Of a DNA stretch of 64,000 bases, positions 35,945-49,004 are shown one piece after another (position 1 is the stretch's first letter; each line of letters opens with the position of its first letter). The translations under genes were made by a program, and so were the position numbers. The stretch comes from Centroscyllium fabricii (taxonomy: Eukaryota), in NCBI GenBank assembly GCA_051313645.2, contig JBNRSN020000189.1, positions 558,001-622,000 on the forward strand, read 5' to 3'. The notes beneath the pieces were generated by a model. It saw nothing but the letters and a program-made list of their open reading frames with translations. It did not search any database and was not told where the DNA came from.

Positions 35945-37256
35945 ATAACATTACTGTTGCAGGCCACGACCAGCAGGAACATGATGCCAACCTCCAAAGA
36001 TTTGGGATGCTCTCCATCACCGTAACTTAACTTTAAATGAATTCAAATCTGTGGAGCCGCAACCGACCATCAACATTCCTGGCTACTGCGTCGGCAATGG
36101 TATTGATAAACCAGACATGGAAAGACTTCGCCCGCTCCAGGAGCTCCCTCTACTAACATTCTGGCTTCTTTAAATCGTGCCCTCGGTCTGTTTGCATACT
36201 ACGCTAAATGAATTCCGAATTCTTCAGATAAAATTCAGCCCTTGCTGAATGCTAGAACATTTCCGGTGGGAACAGTGGTTGTTGCAGCCTTTAACCTTCT
36301 CAAGATACAGTTGGTGAAAGCGACTCTTCACTCCATCAATGAGGGCCTCCCTTTCGTAATCGAATGTGATGCCTCGGAGGTGGCGATCTCAGCTACTCTA
36401 AATCAAGAAGGCCGTCCTGTAGCATTCATGTCCAGGACCTTACAAGGTGCCGAGATACATTATCCTCAGGTTGAGAAGGAAGCCACAGCCATTTCTAGAG
36501 GCAGTACAGAAGTGGACCCATTTCCTAGCTCACCGGCACTTTACATTAATCATGGACCAGCGATCAATCGCCTTCATGCTCGATAATTGAAAGCGAACTA
36601 AAATTAAGAACAATAAAATACAGCTTTGGAGGATGGAATTGGCCTCTTTTGGTTACACCATTTACTATCGACCTGGCAAAGAGAATGTGGCCCCGGATAC
36701 CCTCACAGGAGCATTATGCTCTGTTATGACATCCTCTACTCTCATAGACATCCATGATGGATTGTGTCATCCTGGTGTGACTCGCATGTTACATTTTGTA
36801 CTGTCACGGAACCTCCCATTTTCTACTGGAGATATAAAGAAAATGTGCTCCGAATGCCGTACTTGTGCAGAATTGAAACCTCAGTTCTTCCGCCCCCAGA
36901 TGGTGTGCTCCTACATGCAACCCAACTGATGCAACGACTTAGCGTTGACTTCAAGTGTCCATTGCCCTCTTCAACACGGAACACATATCTGCTCACAATG
37001 ATCAATGAATATTCACGATTTCCGTTTGCCTTCCCCTGCTCAAATATGCTGGCAACCACTGTAATGAATTGCCTTGAGCAAGTATTTTCTCTTTGTGGCA
37101 TGGCGGCCTACATTCACTCAGATCGGGGTCCATCTTTTATGTCAAGCGAACTGAAGGACTACCTCTCAGAACGGGGATTTGCGAAAAGCAAAACAACGCC
37201 ATCTCATCCCATCGGGAATGGACAGGTAGAGAGATATAATGGAATCATCTGAAATT

Positions 37257-37680
37257 GCACCATCTCGCACTGGAAGACCCTGCAGCGGTTAGTCAAAACT
37301 GCCCAATGAATCACCAGTACCCAGCTACCGTCAATTGAGAGCATCTACCTCAAACGCTGCCTACGGAGGTCTCTGAACATTATAAAGACTCCACACACAC
37401 CAGCCACAGTCTGTTTGCCCCCCCTGCCCTCCGGGAGACGCTACAGATCAAATTGCACCCGCATGGCTAGATTCAAGAACAGCTTCTTCCCCAGGGCTGT
37501 CAGCCTCCTGAACATTAACAAAAAACTCCGGTACCTGCACACCTGAAAATGCACTTTATGGTATGCAATTGCATGTAATTTATTTGCACTACTCTCGGGA
37601 GCGGCGAGTCTTCATCTCGTTTTATTGTACTAGTACTCTGTAATGACAATACATAAAAATTGAACTTGAACTTAAACTTG
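37257..37680 (+). mobile_element. Rex1/Babar-like LINE 3' fragment inserted in the Gypsy D integrase (aatt duplication)
   Basis: KTLQRLVKTAQ, HPSHSLFAPLPSGRRYRS, RFKNSFFPRAVSLLN-type C-terminus; ttgaa-type tail. Confidence 0.8.
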
Positions 37681-40600
37681 AATTCTGTACGGCATGCTTT
37701 AAAATCTCAGAGCCTACTAATCCAGCAATGGGAAGCAGTGCTCCCAGATGCATTACACTCTACATGGTCCCTTCTGTCCACAACCACAAATGCTACACCT
37801 CATGAACGGTTCTTTGGATTCCTGAGTCGCTCATCTTATGGGGCATCTCTTCAATCATGGCTAACTACTCCGGGACCCGTACTGCTCCGAAGATATGTTC
37901 GGACATCTTAAAATGACCCTCTCGTAGATGAGGTCGAATTAACTGATGCCAAACCTACCTATGCCTACATGCGATATCCCGACGGTCGAGAGTCTACCGT
38001 ATCATTGCGGGACCTGGCACCCTGCCCATCAGGACCAAGAGGGACGCCAAGGGATAATATCCTGCCAGTGGCCTCCAGGGACCCACCGGGTACCACTCTC
38101 CAGGACCCGGATCTGTCACCAACTAGCTTTGTGCCGGTCTAATCCCACACACAAGGTTATGACCCGCCAGGTACCTCTTTCTAGGACACTGACCAGACAC
38201 CAGCCGTCTCCGAGCCCGTGGGGGCTCGTACGCGAGTCATGATCATCCCGGTGCCTCACGCCAAAGTGCTAATTGGCCACAGAGCAGCTCTGTGCCTTCC
38301 CCTGATCAGGGACAAACCAGCTCTGCACCTATTGGAGTTCGTACGCGGAGCCATGATCACCCCGACCCTTCAAAGGGTAATCTAGGCCACGCAGGTTCTG
38401 ACCCGTGGCCAACAGCAGGTAAATGGTCCAGAGACCCAGACATTGTCCATAGGGTCGGACCATCAACCCAGCAACGAGAACTCAAACGGGTGCATATCCT
38501 CCTTGTTTGGCTACTCCGGAATAAAAAGAAGATTCCCGCCTTTTTAATTTTTCAGGAGGGAAGAATGTGGTAATATTGAACAGACTTCCGGGGGAAGACA
38601 AAGGTTTGAACTCTGTACATGTCACTTCCTGTTTCCTATTAGTATAAATACTGGAACTGCTCAGTCTGGGGGAACGCTTCACCTGGAAGCATGGTAAAAC
38701 CCGTCTTTTTACATTGTGATAATTTAGTGGAAAAGTTTTTTTAAAGTTATTGATGTATCAGACTCCATTATTACATCTGGCGGTCTGTTCACATATTGTC
38801 TGTGAGGGTGGCACGTAGGGAAGCCTTAATGGATCTGTGGAAACTTTCACACTATCCATTGGCTTGTGGGTGGTATGCCGTGGTGCTCTGTTAAATCACC
38901 CCGAGGTTGTGGGTGACCGCAGTCCATAGTGCAGAGGTAAATTGAGGGCCTCTATCCGATGTCATATCGGCGGAGACGCTGAACCGGACGACTCACGTGA
39001 TGATGAAGGCCCTGGCGAGGTCCAGCGTGGTGGTGGAGGCCAGTCGTATCACTTTGGGCCAGCGCATGGTGCGGTACACGATGGTGAGCAACTGGGTCTG
39101 GGCTGAAGGCAGCAGAGGCCCCACGATGTCCACGTGGATGTTGTCGAATCGCCGTGCAGGAATGGTGAAACCCCCGAGGGGTGCTTTGATGTGCTGTTGC
39201 CCCTTTGCTTGTTGGCAGGCAATGCAGGAGCTGGCCCAAGTACTTACATCTTTGCTAAGGCCGAGCCAGATGAAATGGTTAGCCACCATTTTGATTGAAG
39301 CGCGGTTGCTGGGGTGGGACAGGCTGTGAAATATATCAAAGACACGTCGCCGCCATAATGCCGGGATGATGGGCCGGGGTTGGGGCAGGGACACATTGCA
39401 TTTGACTGCGACCATGGTAGGGCCGCAGGCGGCGTCGGCCAACTGCAGGCCGGGTAGACTGGTGGGCATGGAGAGCAGATCAGGGTCTGTGAGCTGGTCC
39501 GCTGTGAGCTGGGTGTAGTCTACTGCCAGGTGTGTGGCGTGGATGGCTGAGCAGCCGGAGCAGCCGGCTACCACGTTGTCTCATCTGGAGACATGCTGGA
39601 TGTCTGTGGTAAATTCGGACATGGCTGTGAACTGGCGCTGCTGTCTGGTGGACCAGGGGTCGGTAGCCATTGCCATCGCAAATGTCAATGGTTTGTGGTC
39701 GACAAACGCGGTGAAGGGGTGGCCCTCCAACAAGAACTGAAAATGCTTGACTGCCCGGTACAGCGCGAGGAGCTTGCAGTCGAAGGTGTGGTACTGCACC
39801 TCCAGGGGGCGCAGTTGGTGGCTGAAAAAGGTGAAGGGTGCGGCGGGGCGCGCCGTGGCGGCGGCCGCCATGTCGGGGGTGGTGTCACAGCTGGCTTGGG
39901 TGAACAGGAGCTTGTCGGCCTTGTCAGCCAGGGCAGGCAGGTCCTTTTGGTCAGCTGCCACGATGGTGGGCTGGATGCTGGGTGGTAGCTGGCGGATGAA
40001 TAATGCTCAGAAGAGATTTCCTGGTGGCTTGTCGTCTGTGAGTGAGAGCATGTGGGAGAGCAGGTCTGATGGTGAGACAACACCGATGCCTGGGAGGATG
40101 AGGAGCTGGCAGTTGCACATATATTGGGAGGCCGTGAATTTTTTAAGGAGCGCGGCCTTAAGGTATGTGTGCTTGCCATGCTCAGGTGGGTTCTGCAGCG
40201 TTGTCCAGACCTTCGTGACCGTGGAGCTACTCAGCGAGGCAGTGAAGTAGTCGTACCTTGTGCCATCTCTGTTGATTCGCTGTATCCTGAATCGGGACTT
40301 TGCTTAGAGGAACCAGGCTGCGGACAAGGTTTCCTAGACCTCAGGCAGTTTGACCGAAACTGCGTTTGTGTCCGCCATTGCAGGGCTCGGAAATTGTTCC
40401 GAGTGTCTGGGTCACCAGTGTTAAGGCTGCTGGCGGACACGAGCGGAGGACGAGACCGAATGAGTTAACGAACTTACTTTAATGGCATAACATAACAGAG
40501 TGAGCGATTCACGATCTTTCATTCAAATAGATTAGAGTGGGCTGCGTCATGACATCAGCCCTTAAGCGGGTATGGCTGCATGATGACGTCAGTAGGCATA

Positions 40601-40736
40601 CGGGTACAGCTGCGTGATGACATCAGCGTGTATGCAGCCGAGCTCTGAGTGAGCAGAGTCTTGCAAGCGTGTTGCCCGGTGAAGCGTCCGTGGTTTGTCG
40701 GAGTGGGTTCGCCCATTTAGGTGTTGAGCCGCCACA

Positions 40737-42622
40737 CTGTCTTCATTTCCCACTCACCCTAAGCAGCAACCATAATGTCAGAGCAGTAAGGATTGACACT
40801 GTTTATATTTCACACTCACTCTCTGTAACAATCCTAATGTCAGAGCAATATCGATTGACAAATACTTCACTTCCCACTCATGCTTAATAACAATCCTAAT
40901 GTAAGACAGAGCAATAAGGATTGACACTGTCGCTATTTCATGTTCATCATCAGTAGCAAACCTAATGTCAGGCAGAGCAACAAGATTTGACAATGCCTCC
41001 ATTTCTGAATCTCATTAATAATCCTAATTCCAGAGCAAAAAGGATTGACTGTGTCCATTTCACAAGCACCCGCAGTAACAATATTAATGTCACAGCTATA
41101 AAGGATGACATTGTTTCCATATAACCCACTCCCTGAGTAAAACACATAATGCGAGATCAATAATGATTGAAACTGTTGCCATTGCGCAATCACCCTCAGC
41201 AACAATTATAATATCAGAGCAATAAGGATTGACACTGTCTCCATTTCAAATTCACCCTCGGTAACAATCCCAATGTCTGACAGAGCAAAAAGGATTGACA
41301 CTGTCTCCATTACCCACTCACCCTAAGTAACAAACCTAATGTCTGAGCAATAAGGCTTAACTGTGTATCCAGTTCCCACTCAACCTAATTAACAATCGTA
41401 ATGTCAAAACAAAATGGTTCAACATTGTCTCCATTTCACACTCACCCTCATTAACAATCCTAATGTAAGAGCAATAAGAATTGCCACTGTGTTCATTTCC
41501 CAATCACTCTCATTAACAGGCCTGTCAGAGCAATAAGGATTTACACTGTGTCCATTTCACACTCACTCTCATTAACAGGCCTGTCACTGCAATAATGATT
41601 GGCACTGTGTCCATTTCACAATCACTCTCATTAACAGGCCTGTCACTGCAATAAGGATTGACACTGTGTTCATTTCACACTCACTCTCATTAACAGGCCT
41701 GTCAGTGCAATAAGGATTGACACTGTGTCCATTTCACAATCACTCTCATTAACAGGCCTGTCACTGCAATAAGGATTGACACTGTGTCCATTCCACACTC
41801 ACTCTCATTAACAGGCCTGTCACTGCAATAAGGATTGACACTGTGTTCATTTCACACTCACTCTCATTAACAGGCCTGTCACTGCAATAAGGATTGACAC
41901 TGTGTTCATTTCACACTCACTCTCATTAACAGGCCTGTCAGTGCAATAAGAATTGACACTGTGTTCATTTCACAATCACTCTCATTAACAGGCCTGTCAC
42001 TGCAATAAGGATTGACACTGTGTTCATTTCACAATCACTCTCATTAACAGGCCTGACACTGCAATAAGGATTGACACTGTGTCCATTTCACAATCACTCT
42101 CATTAACAGGCCTGTCACTGCAATAAGGATTGACACTGTGTTCATTTCACACTCACTGTCATTAACAGGCCTGTCACTGTAATAAGGATTGACACTGTTT
42201 CCATATAACTCACATCCTCAGTAAATATCGAAGTGCCAGAGCGATAAGGACTGAATCCGTCGCCCTTTCCCAACGACACTAATTAACATTTCTGATGACA
42301 GAGCACTAAGGGTTGACACATTTCCATTTCCCAATCACGCTCAGTAACCATCCTAGTGTCACACAGATCAATAAAGATAGACACTGGCTCAATTTCACAC
42401 TCATCGTCAGTAACAATCCTAATGTCCGAACAATAGTGATTGACACTATCTCCATTTCACACTCATCGTCAGTAACAATCCTAATGTCCGAACAATAGTG
42501 ATTGACACTGGCTCAATTTCACACTCACCCTCAGCAACAATCTTAATGTCAGAGCAAAATGGATTGACACTGTCTCCATGTCACACTCACCCTCAGTATC
42601 AATCCTAATCTCAGAGCAGTAA
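40737..42622 (+). repeat. 62-bp satellite, segment D, with a homogeneous 59-bp sub-array (~41500-42195, ~12 copies)
   Basis: Variant unit attaacaggcctgtcactgcaataaggattgacactgtgttcatttcacactcactctc. Confidence 0.92.
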
Positions 42623-45004
42623 AACAGGGTTAAGGTACTAAACGATGAATATGGGGAGTTAGGCGGCAAATTAAAAAACAGACCTTAAATGTAGTAATCA
42701 TAGGATTGCTACCAGCGCCACGTGGCAGTCAGAGTAGAAATAGAAGGATATTTAAGATGAATACTTGACTAGAGGAATGGTGCAATGGGGAGGGATTCAC
42801 ATTCCTGGGATATTGGAAGCGGTTCTGGGGGAAGTGGGATAAGTACAAACTGGACGATTTGCCCGGGGGCGGGACCAGAACCAATGTCCTGGGGGAGTGT
42901 TTGCTTGTGCTGTTGGGTAGGTTTTAAACTACTATGGAAGGGAATTGGGAAACTGAGCAGAGAGAAAAAGAAAGGGAAGCAAGAATAGAAACAAAAGACA
43001 GGAAGGTGAAAAGCAAAATTGGAAGGCACAGAAATCAAGGTTGTATATCAAACAGCACCACAGCAAGTCAGAATTCAAGATGTACTAAGGGTGTTAAAAC
43101 AATCAAGCCTGAAGATGTTGTGTCTGAATGCAAGGAGCATTCGTATTAAGGTGGATGAATTCGCTGCACAAATAAAAGTAAACGGATATGATATAATTGG
43201 GATTATGGAGACATGGCTCCAAGATGACCAAGACTGGTAATTCAACATCCAGGGGTATTCAATATTCAGGAAGGACAGCAAGAAAGGAAAAGGATGTGGG
43301 TTAGCATTGCTGGTTAAAGAGGGGATTAACACAATAGTAAGCAAGGATATTCGCTCTGATGATGCGGAATGGGTATGGGCAGAGCTGAGATATACCACGG
43401 GGCAGAAAACGTTAGTGGGATTTGTATACAGACCCCCAAACAGTAATGTTGAGTTTGGGGATGGCATTAAAAGGGAAATTAGAGACGCGTGCAATATGGG
43501 CACAACAGTTATCATGGGAGACTTTAATCTACATATAGATTGGGCTAACCAAATTAGAAACAATACTGTGGAGGAAGAATTCATAGAATGTATACGGGAT
43601 GGTTTCCTGGACCAATATGTCGAGGAACCAACTAGACATCAGGCCATCTTAGACTGGGTATTATATAATGAGAAAGGATTAATTAGCAATCTTTTTGTGC
43701 GAAGTCACTTTGGGAGGAGTGATCATAATACATTAGCGAGTGAAGGAGTTGACTCAGAGACTAGGGTCCTGAATTTAAATAAAGGAAACTACAGTGGCAT
43801 GAGGCACGAGTTTGCTAGGTTGGATTGGGGAACGTTACTTAAAGGGTTGACGGTGGATAGGCGATGGGAAACATTTAAAGATTGCATGGATGAACTACAG
43901 AAGTTTTTATCCTTGTTTGGCATAAAAATAAAACAAAAAAGGTGGCTCAGCAGTGGCTAACATGAGAAATTAGGGATAGCATAAGATCCAGGAGAGGGTA
44001 TATATGTTGGCCAGAAAAAGAAGCAAACTTGAAGATTGGGAGCAGTTTAGAATTCAGCAAAGGAGGACAAAGGGATTAATTAAGTGGGGGAAAATAGAGT
44101 ATGAGAGTGGTCTTGCAGGGAACATAACAACTGACTGTAAAAGCTTCTGCCGATATGTGAAGAGAACAAGATTGGTGAGGTTAAGCACAGGTCCCTTGCA
44201 GTCAGAATCAGGGGAATTTATAATGGAGAACAAAGAAATGGCGGACCAATTAAATACATACTGTACTTTGGTTTTATCTTCATAAAAGAGGACACACAAA
44301 ATCTCTCAGAGATGTCGTGGATCATAGGGTATAATAAGAGGGAGGAATTGAAATAAATCAGTATTTGCAGGGAAATGGTGTTAGGGAAATTGACAGGATT
44401 GAAGGCCGATTAATCACCCGGGCCTGATAATCTACATCCTAGAGTACTTATGGAAGTGACCCGAGAAATAATAGATGCATTGATGGTCATCTTCCAAAAT
44501 ATTATATATTTTGCAACAGTTCACATGTATTGGAGGATAGCTAATGTCACCCCACTATTTGAAAAACGTGGTAGAGAAAAAACGGGGAATTTTCGACCAG
44601 TAAGCCTGACATCGGAAGTGGGAAAATGCCAAAGTACATTATAAAGGATGTAATAACAGAGCACTTTGAAAACATTGACAGGATCAGACAAAGTCAACAT
44701 AGAGTTACAAAAGGTAAATCGTGCTTAACTAATCTACTGGAAAATTTTGACGATGTAAATGGTAGAATAGATAAGGGAGCCCCAGTGGATATGGTGTATT
44801 TGGACATTCAGACAAGGTCCCGCATAAGAGATTACCGTGTAAAATTAAGGCACATGGGATTCGGGGTAAGGTATTGACTTGGACAGAGAACTGGTTGTCA
44901 GACAGGAAGCAAAGGGTTGGAATAAACAGATCTTTTTCCGAGTGGCAGGTAGTGGCTAGTGGGGTACCGCAGGGAGTGGTCCTTGGACCCCAGCTATTCA
45001 CAAT

Positions 45005-45828
45005 GGGCCAGAAATTCCCGTCTACCGGTTTGTGCGGGTGCAAGGACCCTGCAGACACCTATAGCACCGCACCATCATTCCACTTTGTTTACTTCCAGAC
45101 CTTCCTCTTCGCTCCGCCCCGTTCCTGGGCTGCGTGGCAGTCCAGCCACGCTAGGAGCGCAGTATATTCGCTGCCGTCGTGCGTGCGTAACAGTGATGCC
45201 CCGCCCACAGATCCCTAATTTAAATAAAAAACGCCCCCTGCTTCACAGTCGGACTTCTTAGAGAGCAGGGACATGAGGCCTTTATTAGGACCACGCCCAC
45301 TGCTGCACCCACAGACTCGGCAGTGAGCACCGCGGCCAGAGCATCTTTTCAATGTAAATATGTCTTAGCGATTTTTGTCCTTAGTTTTTTAAAATTAAGG
45401 ATAGAGTTAAACATTTCTGAACTTTAAATTTAAAAATAAGCGATTTGGAATAGGTATAGCAATTCAAATTCGGATTTTTAAAATTAAAAAAAAAACTTTA
45501 ACAGCCAAATTTAATGATAGCGATCTGGCCACATTACTCCAAAAATTGATAAAACTTAAAATTAAAGGTATAAAAGTCAATTACCTTGTTTAGGAAGGCA
45601 CTGCTCTCACCAACGCACAGGTTATGACTCCTTTTTCCCGTGCAGCTCCAGGCCCAGTTGCCCACAGATGAACGCACAGAATCACCCCCAAAAACATCGG
45701 GATTTTTGGGTGCAATTCTGTTGTGCGTTCCATGCTGAGGCCTGTTCTCACTCAGCATCGGAAAGCTCCGATCCATGGCCATGCCCCGTGCGGGTGCAGC
45801 TAGTCCCAGGTACCCGAATTTCTGGCCC
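45005..45828. mobile_element. Non-autonomous DNA transposon (Harbinger-like), 824 bp
   Basis: Perfect 13-bp TIR GGGCCAGAAATTC; 3-bp TSD aat; host CR1 rejoins ctattcacaat|atatataaatga. Confidence 0.82.
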
Positions 45829-45868
45829 AATATATATAAATGATCTCGACAAGGGAAGTAGATGTAAT

Positions 45869-46635
45869 GGGCCAGTATTTCCGATCGCTATTATTGATTC
45901 GGAGCTAGGGTGCAAGCGCATCCGAGCTCCAAATCGCATGAAGCAGCCGTTTGCAGCTACCCATGCAATTCCGAAGGCGGCCAGCAGGGGTGGGGGGGCA
46001 GGGGTTGAGCTGCTGCGATGATTATCGCCCGAACCTGCACACCAGGAAGTGCGCAGTGAATTCCCGTTTAAAAAAAAAAGATTTTCATGGGGTAAGTATT
46101 GAAGATTCCACACTTGAAAAGACCAGTCGTAAGCACCCGTTTTTAGGAGGTAAGTCTTTATGGCTTAAAGTGTTGTACTTTCAGGTTTATAGTTTTTGTT
46201 AACTTTAAGGATAGGTAAGTATTCTTTTAGGCCTGTTAATGAGTGTAAAAAAAATCGAAATTTTATTTTTTTCTTTAAAATAGGTAATTTATGTTAGTTG
46301 GAGTACTGTTAAAAAATGTGGTGTTTAAAAAAATTTATTTTTAAGTTTAGATGTGTTTTGGAAGATCTCTCTTTTCAAAAGTTACACAGATTTCTCCGTG
46401 TAAGTTTTGAATGGAAGATTGCTTCCATTGATTGGCTCCCTGCCGATCACGTGAACTCGTGGGAGATTTCGAACTAATTACGCCGTTCATTTGCACAAGC
46501 AGCTTGCACAGAGCTCTGACAAGCTGTGCAACTCGGAAAGTCACAGTGCCAAAAATTCGAAACGGAAATAGTGTTGGGTAAGTGCAAATAGGAGCACTGC
46601 ACTCGCACGGAGGCTCGAGGGCTAATTTCCAGCCC
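45869..46635. mobile_element. Second non-autonomous Harbinger-like element, 767 bp
   Basis: Imperfect TIRs GGGCCAGTATTT / AATTTCCAGCCC; flanks aat/cat; host rejoins gatgtaat|atctccacgtttgcagatgac. Confidence 0.75.
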
Positions 46636-47578
46636 CATATCTCCACGTTTGCAGATGACACAAAACTGGGTGGGCGTGTGTGCTGCGAGGAGGATACAGA
46701 GGAAGTCCAGTACGATTTGGACAGGTTGGACGATTGGTCAGAAGCATGGCAAATGCTGTATAATGTGGATAAATGCGAGGTTATCTACTTTGGTGGCAAA
46801 AACAGGAATACGGCTTATTATATGAACGGCAATAGATTGGGAAAACGGGAAGAGCAATGAGACCTGGGTGTCCTTGTGCACCAGTCGCTGAAGGTAAGCA
46901 TGCAAATGCAGCAGGTGGTTAAGAAGGCAACTGGTATGTTGGCCTTCATAGCGAGAGGATTTGAGTATAGGAGGAAAGATGATTCGCTGCAGTTGTACAT
47001 GGCCTTGGTGAGACCACTCCTTGAGTATTGTGTGCAGGTTTGCTCGACTTATCTGAGGAAGGATGTTCTTGCCATGGAGAGAGTGCACGGAAGATTCACC
47101 AGGCTAATACCTATGATGGCAGGAAAGATGTATGAGGAGAGATGGAGTAGATTAGGCTTATATTCTCTAGAGTTTAGAAGAATGTGAGGGTATCTCTTGA
47201 AAGTTATAAAATTCTAACAGGACTAGACAGACTAGATGCAGTAAGCATGCTCCCGATGGCAGGGGAGTCAAAAACAGGGGGCACAGTCTAAAGATAAGGG
47301 GTAAGCCATCTGGGACTGAGGTGAGGAGGAATTTAATCACCCAGAGAGTGGTGAAACTGTGGAAATCTCTGCCACACAGGGCATTTGAGGACAATTCATT
47401 AAATATATTCAAGAAGGAATTGGATATATTTATTGAGGCTAAATGGATCAAGGGATATGTGGGGAAGGCAGGGACAGAGTACTGAATTTGGATGATGATC
47501 AGACATATTCTCATTAAATGGTGGAGCGGCCTCGAGGGGCCGAATCACCTACTCCGTCTCCTATATTCTATGTTTCTA

Positions 47579-48014
47579 TAAGGATTGCCACTGGCTCCAT
47601 TTAGTAACAATCCTAATATCTGTATTAGACATAGCAATAAAGATTGACGCTGTTTACATTCCACACTCACCCTGTGTAACTGTCTTAATGTCAGACTGTG
47701 CAACATGAACTAACGCTGCCTCCATGTCACATTCACCATCAGTAACATCCTAATGTCAGAGCAATAAGTATTGACACTGTCTCCATTTCCCGATCACCTT
47801 CATTACAAATCCTGATGTCAGATGGAGCAATAAAAACTGACACTGTCTCCATTTCACATTCACCATCAGTAACAATCCTAATGTCAGACAGAACAACAAG
47901 TTTGTCACTGACTCCATTTCTCAATCACCCTCAGTAACAATCCTAATGTCAGCGCAATAACGAGTGACATTGTCTCCATGTCCCACTCACCCTCATTAAC
48001 AATGCTAATGTCAG
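47579..48014 (+). repeat. 62-bp satellite, segment E
   Basis: Same consensus. Confidence 0.88.
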
Positions 48015-48772
48015 GGCAGCGGGATTAGTTTGGGGACTGATACAGGGCTATTGGGGGAGAGTGGGGCAGTGAGATTAGTATGGGGATCGATACAGAGCTA
48101 TGGGGAGAGAGCGGGGCAGTGGGAATAGTTTGGGGACTGATACAGGGTTATCGGGGGAGTGCGGGACAGTGGGATTAGTATGGGCATCGATACAGGGCTA
48201 TGTGGAGAGAGCGGGGCAGTGCGATTAGTTTGGGGATTGATACAGGGCTATGGGGAGGGAGCGGGGCAGTGGGATTAGTATGGGGATGGATACAGGGCTA
48301 TGGGGAGAGAGTGGGGCAGTGGGATTAGTTTGGGATTGATACAGGGCTATGGGGAGAGAGTGGGGCAGTGGGGTTAGTTTAGGATTGATACAGGGCTATG
48401 GGGGATTGAGCGGGGCAGTGGGATTAGTTTGGGATTGATACAGGGCTATGGGGAGAGAGTCGGGCAGTGGAATTAGTTCGCGATTGATACAGGGCTATGG
48501 GGAGAGAGTGGGGCAATGGGGTTAGTTTGGGATTCATACAGGGCTATGGAGAGAGAGCGGGGTAGTGAGATTAGATTGGGATTGATACAGGGCGATGGTG
48601 AGAGAGCGGGGCAGTGTGGTTATTTTGGATTGATACAGGGCTATGGGGAGAGAGCGGGGCAGTGGGATCAGTTTGGGATGGATACAGGGCTATGGGGAGA
48701 GAGGGGGCAGTGGAATTAGTTTGCGATTGATACAGGGCTATGGGAATAAGTGAGATTAGTTTGGGACTGGGA
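48015..48772. repeat. 47-48 bp G-rich minisatellite x ~16
   Basis: Unit ggggagagagcggggcagtgggattagtttgggattgatacagggctat. Confidence 0.92.
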
Positions 48773-49004
48773 CAGAGGGGCGTCAAGTAGCTGATCCCAC
48801 TCCACTTTGAACAGATCCTGCCTTATCGTATTAAAATTGCCTGTTGTTTAATAAATTTTCCCACTGAACCTTGGAAGAGGCCCCGCACATTTCGTGTTTC
48901 TGTCTGCGTTGAATCCGCAACCCTGCAATCTATCAAGGTTTGCTAAAGAATCGACAGATTGAAGCTCTCTTTAAACCAGCCCATGAAAACCTCACAGGGT
49001 TGGA

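Larger units (their letters stand above)
31565..38778 (+). mobile_element. Gypsy D, second copy (PR to 3' LTR 38566-38778), degraded, with two insertions
   Basis: ALIDSGS, YDLKSAYHQ, FPYLD|NITVAG, ECDASE, SVDFKCP; PPT caggagggaagaa. Confidence 0.9.
28521..40736 (-). mobile_element. Gypsy C, internally deleted (gag joined to RNase H/IN, no PR/RT), old; hosts the Gypsy D complex
   Basis: Diverged LTRs 28521-28804 (3') and 40419-40736 (5'); PBS TGGTGACCC (tRNA-Trp-like); PPT ggggggagctc; flanks cttt/ctgt; peptides ALADKADKL, FVDHKPL, IHVDIVGPL, TAYHPQANG. Confidence 0.85.
42623..47578 (+). mobile_element. Long CR1 LINE (end of ORF1 esterase, EN, RT, tail), degraded, hosting two MITEs
   Basis: CLNARSI, IGIMETW, VYRPP, MGDFN, SDHN, GVPQGVVLGP, FADD; (tatgtttc) tail. 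Confidence 0.9.

Noticed and set aside
28968-38778. DIRS-like element with inverted terminal repeats
   Set aside because: Both repeats are ordinary Gypsy 3' LTRs preceded by PPTs; a DDE integrase is present, and there is no tyrosine recombinase or shared TSD
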